Positions 18,901-27,202 of a stretch of DNA of 38,292 nucleotides are shown here, piece by piece. The first letter of the stretch is position 1. Every line of letters starts with the position of its first letter. A model generated the notes under the pieces. It was not told the origin of the DNA, did not search any database, and saw only the letters and a program-made list of their open reading frames with translations. The stretch is from a bacterium (GTDB lineage Bacteria > Zhuqueibacterota > Zhuqueibacteria > Oceanimicrobiales > Oceanimicrobiaceae), in NCBI GenBank assembly GCA_046757025.1, contig JBHHXN010000030.1, positions 1-38,292 of the forward strand, in the 5' to 3' direction. A program made the translations under genes and the position numbers.

Positions 18901-18924
18901 CCGGCCCCTAGATCAACCAACTGA
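15907..18924 (+). CDS. Receiver-domain / PEP-pyruvate-binding (PPDK_N ATP-grasp) dikinase-like protein
   Basis: Two receiver-like domains, then GGKARGL, PLAIRSSSLMEDS..FAGVY, MAVIIQ, EIEFA and LQMRP ATP-grasp motifs; C-terminal GRWGS...GSHFF; no C-terminal PEP/pyruvate barrel. Confidence 0.85.
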   Translation: MAKKTKNFHDGNFEPLWLEQGYGARVQAFQNLMRYRIRDILMVSSLYDLFLFEEDGRLYELLREEYRDLNLSHAPELTRVSSGKEAIRIAKEEKRFDLIITTLHIDDMQPHSFAKLVRDSQLNIPIVLLAYDHRELQELLLYHDPSVFDQVFVWQGNFRILIAIIKCLEDKKNVDHDTRAVGVQSIILIEDQVRYYSSFLPIFYMEIFQQARRLLSEGINLSHRFLRMRARPKILLCNNYEEAWNYFSKYKDYILGVISDIDFMHNGKEDPQAGIEFAQSVKRLHEDIPILLQSNVPENEQKAYEAGASFLLKQSPTLLEELRKFMYEHFSFGEFVFRTPDGREIARAHDLKSLEKQLKVVPEESLKYHGERNHFSNWLKARTEFWLAHKLRPRKVSDFSSLQGLRQDLINSLREYRKDRQRGIITDFKKETFYPLSSFARIGGGSLGGKARGLSFVNKLIYNYKVNNRFKNVKIFIPPAVVLGTDVFDEFIEENDLHHFALNATCDQDIIQKFLAAEKFPASVVSDLKYFLQSIKTPLAIRSSSLMEDSQYFPFAGVYNTYMLPNNNKVLNARLDELLCAIKLVYASTFYQNSKEYFKVTSYRLEEEKMAVIIQKMVGTQHGERFYPDFSGVAKSYNFYPVEPQKSYDGICSIALGLGKTVVDGGITVKFCPKYPNLIPQFHTIDETLKSSQQTFFAMNLSGKIDKSSEANYGLINEFDLSHAEKDGTLKFAGSTYSHENSVIYDGIARPGFRLVTFAPILKHGLFPLAEIVRLLLDLGTWAMGTPVEIEFAVNLSHSKSKQPEFGFLQMRPLAIRHEFDVLEINETQPDKLICQSKKVLGNGIISDIQDIVVVDIHRFDRFKSHEVAREVTIYNTRLIAENRPYLLIGVGRWGSMDPLLGIPVKWEQISGARVIVEGGFKDYSVAPSQGSHFFHNLTSFRVGYFTITSDTADGFLNWEWLLKQPSHDEMQFTRHLQLDEPITVKMNGRKNLGVILKPAPRSTN

Positions 18925-18959
18925 ATCCGTCGCCGAAACCAGAACTGAACGGTAATTAA

Positions 18960-19307
18960 ATGAAAATTACATGTATTTTTAGTGACGCTGCCGGGGAATC
19001 CCATTTTGAGGATTTGGACATTCCACTGCAAGCCGCCGGGGAAATCGGTCGATTATCAGAAAAAAGGCCTGTGACGGGTATCATTTTTCGGGAAAACGAC
19101 GCCGACTACGATTATGCATGGCACACCGCGCCACAAAGACAGTACATTATTTTACTCGACGGTGAAATCGAAATTGAGGTCAGCGACGGCGAGATTCGGC
19201 GATTTAAGGGGGGCGAGGTGTTGCTGGTGGAAGACACATCGGGAAAAGGGCACAAAACCCGCATCGTCAACAATCAACCTCGCCGGTCTATTTTTGTGAC
19301 AATTTAA
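18960..19307 (+). CDS. Cupin-domain protein
   Basis: GESHFED, WHTAPQRQYIILLDG, GEVLLVEDTSGKGH metal-binding cupin motifs. Confidence 0.85.
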   Translation: MKITCIFSDAAGESHFEDLDIPLQAAGEIGRLSEKRPVTGIIFRENDADYDYAWHTAPQRQYIILLDGEIEIEVSDGEIRRFKGGEVLLVEDTSGKGHKTRIVNNQPRRSIFVTI

Positions 19308-19683
19308 CGCCTTACCAGGCTTCCCTTTCCAAATTAAACTGCACGCTTTGTGATTATTCTTGAATGTAAGCAATACCCGCCCTATCATGTAAATTGACCG
19401 CTTTGATTTTGTGGTTATTTTACCGCACCACTCTGCAGCAGAGAGAGATATACGGTATAATTACAATTGATGTTGAACATCAATGTGTTGTTCCCGATCT
19501 GTACAGGATATTTATTGGAAACAACAGTTCAATCTATTTATTAAATTTGCTAAGTTGCTAAATACATTATTAATAATAAATTGGAATTATGAAAAAAACT
19601 TTAAATATCATGTCAATTTGCGGTATAACTCTTGCATGGGCAACGGTGTGGTTGAAAAATAAATTTTCCACAGGGCAGACAAC

Positions 19684-19950
19684 ATGGCAACCGAAGCAAC
19701 AATCAAGCAACAAATTGAGAAGAGCGTGGGTAGCAAATATTCTGAATGGAAGATCGGGATTACCAATGATCCATCTCAAAAAAGAGCAAAAATGGGGAAT
19801 CCACTGAGCTGGCTGCTCTGGCAAGCTGATTCACCAAGGACCGCTCAAAATGTTGAGCTGTACTTTTTACGTAAAGGAATGCAAAGCGGCGGCAAAGCCC
19901 CGCAATCATCTGATTATGTATATATTTTACTGGTTCAGGATTCCATCTAA
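19684..19950 (+). CDS. Small hypothetical protein, GIY-YIG-like signature
   Basis: WKIGITNDPSQKR...AQNVE.YF...GM...YVY. Confidence 0.65.
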   Translation: MATEATIKQQIEKSVGSKYSEWKIGITNDPSQKRAKMGNPLSWLLWQADSPRTAQNVELYFLRKGMQSGGKAPQSSDYVYILLVQDSI

Positions 19951-20351
19951 CGAATCGGATTTTTTCGACTAAACCAATCCTGAATTTGACTAGGGATAAT
20001 TGATTTAGTGTCCCATATCCTGATATGAAACAATTGTCGTGCAATTTTCACACACTCTGCAGTCGATCACCCACCCTCACATTATTTCATAATCTTTTTC
20101 TTCAGCGGTTAATTTTTAAATTCATCGTCTAGTCCGTAAATAGCGTAACTTTTTTAAACATTTCACGCCTTCCGGATTCATTTACTCTCCGAGATGTATT
20201 CAGGCACTACCCACATTTATTCTGCAAAATGACTTTTCTGTAAAAATTTTAGTTGTTATCGACCCGAAAATTCTTTAGATTGCGAATTGATTCGATACGG
20301 GCAATCAGCTTATATTTTAAATAACCATCCACACACTAGGCATTATTTACA

Positions 20352-20774
20352 ATGCATGAACAAGGAATACCGGCCGGCTATTCAAAGCGCACACTGGTGG
20401 AAAAATTAGGCATCAAGTCCGGGTTTAAAGTGAAATTCATAGCCGCGCCCGAAAACTACCTGGAAACGTTGGGGGAGCTGCCAGAACGAGTTGTACTGGT
20501 TGAACAATCCCACGCAGCAATCGATTTTCTACAAATTTTCGTGAAATCCTGTTCTGATCTTGAGTTAAGGTTTCCGCAGCTGAAAAAGGCGCTGGCCACA
20601 AACGGCATGATGTGGGTATCCTGGCCCAAAAAGGCCTCAAAAATCGAAACCGATTTGAATGAAAATATCGTACGGGAAATCGGCTTGAAAAACAACCTCG
20701 TTGATATCAAGGTATGTGCTGTAGATGAAATCTGGTCCGGATTAAAGTTTGTCTATCGCAAAAAAGACCGCTGA
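20352..20774 (+). CDS. DUF3052-like protein
   Basis: AGYSKRTLVEKLGIK, WVSWPKKAS, LVDIKVCAVDEIWSGLKFV. Confidence 0.85.
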   Translation: MHEQGIPAGYSKRTLVEKLGIKSGFKVKFIAAPENYLETLGELPERVVLVEQSHAAIDFLQIFVKSCSDLELRFPQLKKALATNGMMWVSWPKKASKIETDLNENIVREIGLKNNLVDIKVCAVDEIWSGLKFVYRKKDR

Positions 20775-20820
20775 AACCGGACATGAAAGGAGCTTAAAAA
20801 ATTGACCTCTCCCGAAAAAA

Positions 20821-21555
20821 ATGAATAGTCCCCTTGAACAAAACGGTTCTGTATTAAATATTGAAGGCGTGGGCAAGGTCCGCTTGCGCAGAAATCACCG
20901 TGCAAAACATTTAAATATCTGCATCAAACCGTTTCGCGGCATCCTGGTTACCGTGCCAGATGGCATGAAATGGACGGATGCGAAAAAAATCGTCATTTCA
21001 AAACAGAATTGGATATTGAAAAAACTAAAACAGACCAAAAGTCTGGAAGAAGCCTCGGTGAACCAAATTAAAGCTGGCGTGGTGTACACGCATTCGCATC
21101 GGGTAGAGATCAAAGCGGCGCTGCGGGATAATATTTTGCTGTTCAAAAAGCAAGATCAAATTACAATTCGTTTTCCAGCTGCGCTTGGAATGGAACATCT
21201 TCTGGTGCAGAAGGCCGTCAAAAAGGCGCTCATCAATATTTATCGTTTTGAAGCCAAAAATTACCTGCCCGCTCGACTTAATTATTGGGCAAAAAAGTTT
21301 AATTTGCCTTACAATAAAGTCACCATCAGAAAACAGACTTCCAGGTGGGGGAGCTGCTCTTCTAAAAATAACATCAATTTGAATTTGCATTTGATGCGGT
21401 TACCGGACAGGCTGATCGATTATGTTTTGTTGCATGAACTGGTTCATACGAAGATCAAGAACCACGGTCCGGCTTTTTGGAGAAAGCTGACCGAACTGTG
21501 TCCGAATGCCAAAAAATTAAATAAAGCGTTGAATAATTATTCGTTGTTTTTTTAA
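20821..21555 (+). CDS. YgjP/DUF45-like zinc metallohydrolase (M48/SprT-like)
   Basis: SRWGSCS, LIDYVLLHELVH (HExxH), NHGPAFW. Confidence 0.9.
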   Translation: MNSPLEQNGSVLNIEGVGKVRLRRNHRAKHLNICIKPFRGILVTVPDGMKWTDAKKIVISKQNWILKKLKQTKSLEEASVNQIKAGVVYTHSHRVEIKAALRDNILLFKKQDQITIRFPAALGMEHLLVQKAVKKALINIYRFEAKNYLPARLNYWAKKFNLPYNKVTIRKQTSRWGSCSSKNNINLNLHLMRLPDRLIDYVLLHELVHTKIKNHGPAFWRKLTELCPNAKKLNKALNNYSLFF

Positions 21556-21597
21556 ATATCTTAAAATTAAATGTGATTTAACTGGAAAGGAAATTAC

Positions 21598-22605
21598 ATG
21601 AGACAACTGGGTTTATGGTTCATATTGCTGATGACTTTTAGCGCCTGTGGCTATGCTCAGAAAATAAAGGTGGCTACTTACAATATATATTTTCTGGATG
21701 ATGGCATCTCGCAGGAGCGCAAAGAAAATTTGCAGGCGGTGATCAAGAAGTTAGATGCCGACATCATCGGTTTTCAAGAAATCACCAATGTAGCGGCTTT
21801 GAAAAATATTCTTCCCGCGTCGTACGAAATCGCTATGATCGATGATCCAGAAGAGGTTCAGGAATGTGCCCTGGCGGTGCGTCAACCCATTGAAATCAAG
21901 TCAGTTGAATATGTCTATCCAGAAAAAAAGTACGATGACGCCTTTCCGCGTTCAAGAGATTTGCTCCAGGTGCGTATCAAAGGCAACGGTAACGAACTTA
22001 CGGTGTTGGTGCATCATGCCAAATCTCGCAGCCGCAGCAGAATGAAAACCGACCGCCGGCGGGCCGCGGCTTCTGTTCTGATCATGGAACACTTGAAGAA
22101 AAAATTATCAAACCAACCAGTGGTTATTTTAGGAGATTTCAACGACAATCCGGACGACCGCTCGCTGAACATCCTGGAAACCGGCGACACGAATGCGATT
22201 GGCGGAATCGACCAACAGGAGGATAGTTTTTTATTCAACGTCACCGAAATACTGGCGGCAAAGGATTATTGTTCGTACGGTTACAGTTATCTGTTCAAGG
22301 ATGCGGATGCCGATACGTTTCCGTTAGTGGTTAAAGGCGCACGTGCTGAAAATAACAAATGGCGTGGAAAAAAGCACAATTTTTTTGAGGATGTGAAAGT
22401 CAAAGCCATTCTGTTCGATCAGATCCTGGTATCGATGGCTCTGAAAGATCGCGTAGTTGAAACGGGCGTAGTCAATAATTTTGTGGCCATTCGTGGACAG
22501 GGTTCCCGCATTAAATTTACAGATGACGGTTTGGTTTACACGCGACGCGGTAGTCTGGCTTCCGACCACGTGCCGGTTTGGGCGGTTTTGGATTTGAGCA
22601 AGTAA
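21598..22605 (+). CDS. Exported endonuclease/exonuclease/phosphatase (EEP) family protein
   Basis: Signal peptide; VATYNI, DIIGFQEI, HHAKS, ILGDFND, FDQILVS, SDHVPV. Confidence 0.9.
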   Translation: MRQLGLWFILLMTFSACGYAQKIKVATYNIYFLDDGISQERKENLQAVIKKLDADIIGFQEITNVAALKNILPASYEIAMIDDPEEVQECALAVRQPIEIKSVEYVYPEKKYDDAFPRSRDLLQVRIKGNGNELTVLVHHAKSRSRSRMKTDRRRAAASVLIMEHLKKKLSNQPVVILGDFNDNPDDRSLNILETGDTNAIGGIDQQEDSFLFNVTEILAAKDYCSYGYSYLFKDADADTFPLVVKGARAENNKWRGKKHNFFEDVKVKAILFDQILVSMALKDRVVETGVVNNFVAIRGQGSRIKFTDDGLVYTRRGSLASDHVPVWAVLDLSK

Positions 22606-22613
22606 AATTTTCA

Positions 22614-24245
22614 TCAAGCCAGCCGCTCGATGAGGTAGGTGATCAGGATGATCAGAAAAAAGTAAACGACCACCAGCCAGTAAATTCGGCGCCAATTCAT
22701 AAGCGATGGCGGCTGGGCTGGTTCTGTCGAGGCGGCCCACAGCCTCTGACCTTGCACGATTCGCGAATAGAGCACGGCGATCAGGACGGTCATCAAAAAT
22801 CCCGTGGCATTCCACCACAACCACGATATTTCCGTAAACGTTTTTAAGAGGAGGTTAAACAAGATCCCTGCAATAATGCCAAATTGCACGCCTCTGGCAG
22901 TGATACCTTTTGTGAGCATGCCTAATAAAAAAGTGGCCAGGATGGGACCGTACAGCAAACTGCCGATGGCGTTGATCAGCACGATGGTGGTATGACGCGT
23001 GGCCTCCCCTGAGCCGGCTAAAACCAGGGCCACCATCAGGCAAAAGACGCCCCAGCAGAGCGTCACCAATTTAGACACCACCAGATAGTGGCGGGGGGTG
23101 CCGTTTTTTTTGAGGTATTTTTGATAGAAGTCTCGCACCGTCACCGCACTCAGGGCATTCAAACCGGAGTCCAAGCTGGACATGAGGGCGGCCATGATCG
23201 CCACGAAGATAAAACCGATGACGCCGTGCGGTAAGTACGAAATGATAAACAGCGGCACCATCCTGTCTGGGTCTTTTTCTAATAAATCCACAATCGCCGA
23301 AGCATCCATATTGACCTGCGTTGCCACGTGTTGCAGAGAATCGGCCGAAGCAAACACCGCGCCCACGAATATGCCCATAAAACAGTACAGCGCCACCAGC
23401 GGGAAGCGACCGAATGCGTTCACCAGCAACGACTTTTTCACATCGTCGATGTTGCCCACGGTCAGCTCCCGCTGCACCTGACTCTGGTCGCAGCCATAGT
23501 AAGAAGCGTACAAAAAGAAACCGCCGATGAGCATGGGCCAGAAAGCGTAAGCGCCATCTGCACTGGCGCCCAGGTGTTTAAAATCTAAGATGTGAAAGCG
23601 TGCTGGGTCCAGCGCAGCCAGAGCCGATTGCCAGCCGGTGATGGACAGCGCCACGCCGCCGCAAATGACGATTCCGATGGCAATGATGGTCATTTGCATA
23701 AAATCGCTTAAAATGACCACGCGGATGCCGCCTAAAGCATCGTAAAGCACGGTGACCGCGCCGATCAAGATGATGGCAGTAGTGGTTGAAATGGCCAGGG
23801 CGGTGGACAAAATCAACCCCCCAGCCAGAACCGCAACCGCCGTGGCCAGACCTCTCCCGAGTTGAAACAGCAAGCTGATCAAGGATCGGGTGTGCGTATC
23901 AAATCGTTCTTCCAAATATTCGTAAATGCTGATATAATTTCGTCGGTGAAAGGTGGGGATGATCAGAGTCATCACCAAGATCAGCGCCAAGGGTACGCCA
24001 AATTCATAGCATAGCCATTTGAGTCCGCCGCCTTGCTTCAACGCCACAAAGGCCGGCGCAGAAATAAAACTCACGGCGCTCAACTGCGTGGCCATGGTGG
24101 AAACCCCCGACTGCCACCATTTTATCTTTTTGCCTGCCAGATAATAATCTTCTAAATCTGTTTGCGTACGGGTCATTTTTATGGCCATGCCCACAATAAG
24201 CACAAGATAAACGACGATGACGGTCCAATCTAACCAATTAATCAC
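22614..24245 (-). CDS. Sodium:solute symporter (SSS/SLC5) family transporter
   Basis: MATQLSAVSF, ISIYEYLEERF, GGIRVVILSDFMQ, YGCDQSQVQR, AALMSSLDS; multiple TM helices. Confidence 0.93.
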   Translation of the reverse strand: MINWLDWTVIVVYLVLIVGMAIKMTRTQTDLEDYYLAGKKIKWWQSGVSTMATQLSAVSFISAPAFVALKQGGGLKWLCYEFGVPLALILVMTLIIPTFHRRNYISIYEYLEERFDTHTRSLISLLFQLGRGLATAVAVLAGGLILSTALAISTTTAIILIGAVTVLYDALGGIRVVILSDFMQMTIIAIGIVICGGVALSITGWQSALAALDPARFHILDFKHLGASADGAYAFWPMLIGGFFLYASYYGCDQSQVQRELTVGNIDDVKKSLLVNAFGRFPLVALYCFMGIFVGAVFASADSLQHVATQVNMDASAIVDLLEKDPDRMVPLFIISYLPHGVIGFIFVAIMAALMSSLDSGLNALSAVTVRDFYQKYLKKNGTPRHYLVVSKLVTLCWGVFCLMVALVLAGSGEATRHTTIVLINAIGSLLYGPILATFLLGMLTKGITARGVQFGIIAGILFNLLLKTFTEISWLWWNATGFLMTVLIAVLYSRIVQGQRLWAASTEPAQPPSLMNWRRIYWLVVVYFFLIILITYLIERLA

Positions 24246-24319
24246 TTTGAAATCCTTTCTTTAGTTTTAACCTGAACTGAGCGATTCATCATCGGCTGGA
24301 ATTCGGGGTTCAAGCTTTT

Positions 24320-24452
24320 GAGACTGTGTGAAAACATGGTAAAACAAGCCTCTGGCTTGTTAAAACAGGTCTGTGATTTAAGCTAAGTGTTTGTATTCTT
24401 TGCAATCCAGTTTCGCAAACAAGATGCTTGCGCTACGTTTTTACCCAGGCTC
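24320..24452. mobile_element. MITE-like element (CTGTGTGAAAA-type TIR) enclosing REP-like arms
   Basis: GAGACTGTGTGAAAAC (24320-24335) / GTTTTTACCCAGGCTC (24437-24452), 13/16 IR; internal ACAAGCCTCTGGCTTGT and ACAAGATGCTTGCGCTAC. Confidence 0.6.
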
Positions 24453-24577
24453 TTTAGCTTGCTGGTGTGAGTAGGGAGGAACACGCGGAAGAACCCGTCT
24501 TTGAAGCGTGAACACCCACTCTCTAACAATTCAACCCATTTGTGCGTATTTGCCTATTTAATTTGCTCAGCTAATGA

Positions 24578-26011
24578 TTAAGTAACCTGATTTACCTGCT
24601 CGGCTGTTTTGATGAGGTTGATCGCCAGGCAAACGATGGCTGCCATGCCGAAGAGGCCAGAAAATCCAAAAGCGGTCTGCATGACCACAACCGTGCCGGG
24701 CAAAAGCTTGAACAGTTCGGACGGCAGGAGCAAAGGAACGATACGGCTAACGACTGCCAACGAAGCCAGCCAGAACGTGGCCATGACCAATCCTGGTCGT
24801 GCGACTTTCTTCTTTTTTATAAAACCAGGAATCATGCGCACGGACATACCCAGAATGAGGTGCGTGATGAAACCCAGCAAATAGATGTGACGAACGGCAT
24901 CGGTGCTGATGGCAGCGTTCCAATTGGTGAATACCGAAAACCCGACGATAATTTCGACAACCGCCCCAAACAGCAGCCAGCTGTAAGCCGCGTAAATGAG
25001 ATATTCGAAATAGCCGAACTCGCCGTAATCGGGCATGCCCTCGCGAGTGGGTCGCCGGTTTACACCCGGGTGCAGCAGGCGTTGAATGGTCCAGGGTTCA
25101 CGCCAGCGGGTGAGAACGTCAATTTTCCAGATGAACCAGAGAATGGCGGCGCTTTTGAGCAGGCGTCCGGCATTGGACAGATACAAAGGCCAGCTCGCAT
25201 CCATGCTCAAAATAGGCGGTAAAGTGGGGAGAATTTGTGAGCACACTGCTGCAAAATACACCAAGGCCAGTTTTTTCACCGACCAGTCCACCACCGGCAA
25301 TCGCAAATACAGCGGAAACATGCGTACGGAAAAGGCAAACGCCACGGGCAGCAACACCAGTGTGATGAACATCTGAAGGCCGAATTCATTCCATTCCGGG
25401 TCCATAACGGTTTTGTTCTGAAATACCAGATTCCAGCCTAAAATCACCATGAGCAAACCGTAGAGGAACCAGCCGCTCAGCATCATGGCAAAAAATGGCC
25501 GAACCGAAAGCAGAGCCGCCCGTTGCGAAAAATTGTGCACTTTCAGAATGGTTTCAACGATGAGCACAAAATAAAGAATGATGCCTATTAACTCCAGAAT
25601 CGTGGATAGCAGAATCAGGATTTGAACTGAAGAGACCAGAAACGAATCGGTTAAATAAGGGAGAATCGAATGACTGAGAAATCGGATGCTCAAACCGGCG
25701 GTTATGAAATAGAGCACCAGATCGATGCGTTTAGGCCTGGCGATGGGCACGCCTGCCAGTCTTGGAATAAAGTGCAGACTGACTCCGAGAATGAACAGAC
25801 CGGCCCAGCCCACCAGTTGCAAATGCCCGTGGGTTTGAACGAAGGCATGGTAGCCGCGGCTGAGGGGGAAATCCAGTCCGATTACCGAAGCCACATGCGC
25901 GCCCAGTGCAAAGCCCGCGAAAATGGCCACACCCAGCGCCCACCAGATGAAGCGGATTTGAAACTCAACCTGTTTTTTTTGCAACACAGTTTCAGTTTTC
26001 GTTTGGATCAT
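24578..26011 (-). CDS. NnrS-like polytopic membrane protein
   Basis: About 12 TM helices; QTHGHLQLVGW, HFIPRL, DAVRHIYLLGF, RMIPGF internally repeated His/Pro motifs typical of NnrS-type proteins. Confidence 0.7.
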   Translation of the reverse strand: MIQTKTETVLQKKQVEFQIRFIWWALGVAIFAGFALGAHVASVIGLDFPLSRGYHAFVQTHGHLQLVGWAGLFILGVSLHFIPRLAGVPIARPKRIDLVLYFITAGLSIRFLSHSILPYLTDSFLVSSVQILILLSTILELIGIILYFVLIVETILKVHNFSQRAALLSVRPFFAMMLSGWFLYGLLMVILGWNLVFQNKTVMDPEWNEFGLQMFITLVLLPVAFAFSVRMFPLYLRLPVVDWSVKKLALVYFAAVCSQILPTLPPILSMDASWPLYLSNAGRLLKSAAILWFIWKIDVLTRWREPWTIQRLLHPGVNRRPTREGMPDYGEFGYFEYLIYAAYSWLLFGAVVEIIVGFSVFTNWNAAISTDAVRHIYLLGFITHLILGMSVRMIPGFIKKKKVARPGLVMATFWLASLAVVSRIVPLLLPSELFKLLPGTVVVMQTAFGFSGLFGMAAIVCLAINLIKTAEQVNQVT

Positions 26012-26081
26012 GGAATCGATGTTCAGGGTACCAGTGGCTGATCTTTGGATACAAGTTACCTTTCATTTTTATGCAGCAGTT

Positions 26082-26107
26082 AAAAAAAAGCACCGTGCTG
26101 GCGGTGC
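26082..26107 (-). terminator. Rho-independent terminator after iolG
   Basis: Minus strand GCACCG-CCAGCA-CGGTGC followed by T8. Confidence 0.7.
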
Positions 26108-26150
26108 AGTTAGAAAACGTTTGTTTCAATAAAAGGCGATTGAAAACCCT

Positions 26151-27173
26151 TCATGCAATTTCGGTTAATTTGGTTGGTCGATTCTCTTGTAAAGATTTTT
26201 TAGCCGCCAACCCGATTTTAACCGGCATCAAACCATCCAGACCGGATACCGGGGTTGCCTTATCTTTAAGGCAGGCTTCCACAAACGCTTGTAATTCTGC
26301 AACGAAGGACTGCTCGTATCTTTCCAGAAAAAAATAAAGTGGTTTGGCCGATTCCACGCTCTCGGCGAGCATGAGCACGTGTGAATCCGGCGAGTTGTTG
26401 CGGACGTACACTGCGCCTTTCGAGCCAAAAACTTCCACGCGCTGGTCGTAGCCGTAAACTGCCTTGCGGCTGTTGTCGATGACGCCCATGGCGCCGTTTT
26501 CAAATTTTAAAGTAACCACCGCGGTGTCGATGTCGTCTGCCTCGTGGAAACGCGAATCGATCAGCACGCTGCCGGCGGCAAAAACTTCGGTGACTTCGCT
26601 GTCCATTAAAAAGCGCGCCATATCAAAATCGTGAATGGTCATGTCGAGAAAGATACCGCCCGAAACGCGCAGATATTCCAAGGGCGGCGGCTCGGGATCG
26701 CGGCTGGTGATTTTTAGCAAGTGGGGATCGCCGATTTTGCCTTCCAGAATGGTTTGTTTGATTTTGGAAAAATTGACGTCAAATCTGCGATTGAATCCAA
26801 CTTGCAATTTTACGCCGGCTTTTTCTACCGCGGTAAGCGCCGATTGAATGCAGCCGATTTCCAGCGCGATGGGCTTCTCGCAAAAGATGTGTTTGCCGGC
26901 GGCAGCCGACTCTTTTATCAACTGCGCATGAGTGTCAGTGGAGGTGCAGATCAGGACGGCGTCGATGGCCGGGTTGTCCAGAACACTGCGGTAGTCTTGC
27001 GTGGCTTCGGGAATTTGGCACTGTACGGCCGTTTCTTCGGCTGCGGAAAGAAAAATGTCGGCGATGGCTATTGGCACGGCATTTTTGATGCGAAACGCCA
27101 GATGTTCAGCATGCAGTCGGCCAATTCGGCCAGCTCCGATAATTCCTACTTGTAAATTGTTTTTGGATGACAT
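26151..27173 (-). CDS. iolG: Inositol 2-dehydrogenase (Gfo/Idh/MocA family)
   Basis: GIIGAGRIG, FCEKPI, VGFNRRFD, ITSRDP, DMTIHDFDMARF, YGYDQRVEVFG, FFLERY; GGAGG SD before ATG 27173. Confidence 0.88.
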   Translation of the reverse strand: MSSKNNLQVGIIGAGRIGRLHAEHLAFRIKNAVPIAIADIFLSAAEETAVQCQIPEATQDYRSVLDNPAIDAVLICTSTDTHAQLIKESAAAGKHIFCEKPIALEIGCIQSALTAVEKAGVKLQVGFNRRFDVNFSKIKQTILEGKIGDPHLLKITSRDPEPPPLEYLRVSGGIFLDMTIHDFDMARFLMDSEVTEVFAAGSVLIDSRFHEADDIDTAVVTLKFENGAMGVIDNSRKAVYGYDQRVEVFGSKGAVYVRNNSPDSHVLMLAESVESAKPLYFFLERYEQSFVAELQAFVEACLKDKATPVSGLDGLMPVKIGLAAKKSLQENRPTKLTEIA

Positions 27174-27202
27174 AATTTCCTCCGTGAAGTGCACACCTGC
27201 GC

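Noticed and set aside
15907..18924. Annotation as a true PEP synthase (ppsA) or pyruvate phosphate dikinase
   Set aside because: The C-terminal PEP/pyruvate-binding barrel is missing and receiver domains are present.
20014..20058. Fragments resembling MITE ends (TTTAGTGTCCC; TTTTCACACACTCT)
   Set aside because: Too short, and no matching partner end was found.
24469..24522. Imperfect hairpin upstream of the SSS transporter as a riboswitch
   Set aside because: No known aptamer consensus recognised; more likely a degenerate REP-like palindrome or the terminator region of the NnrS-like gene.
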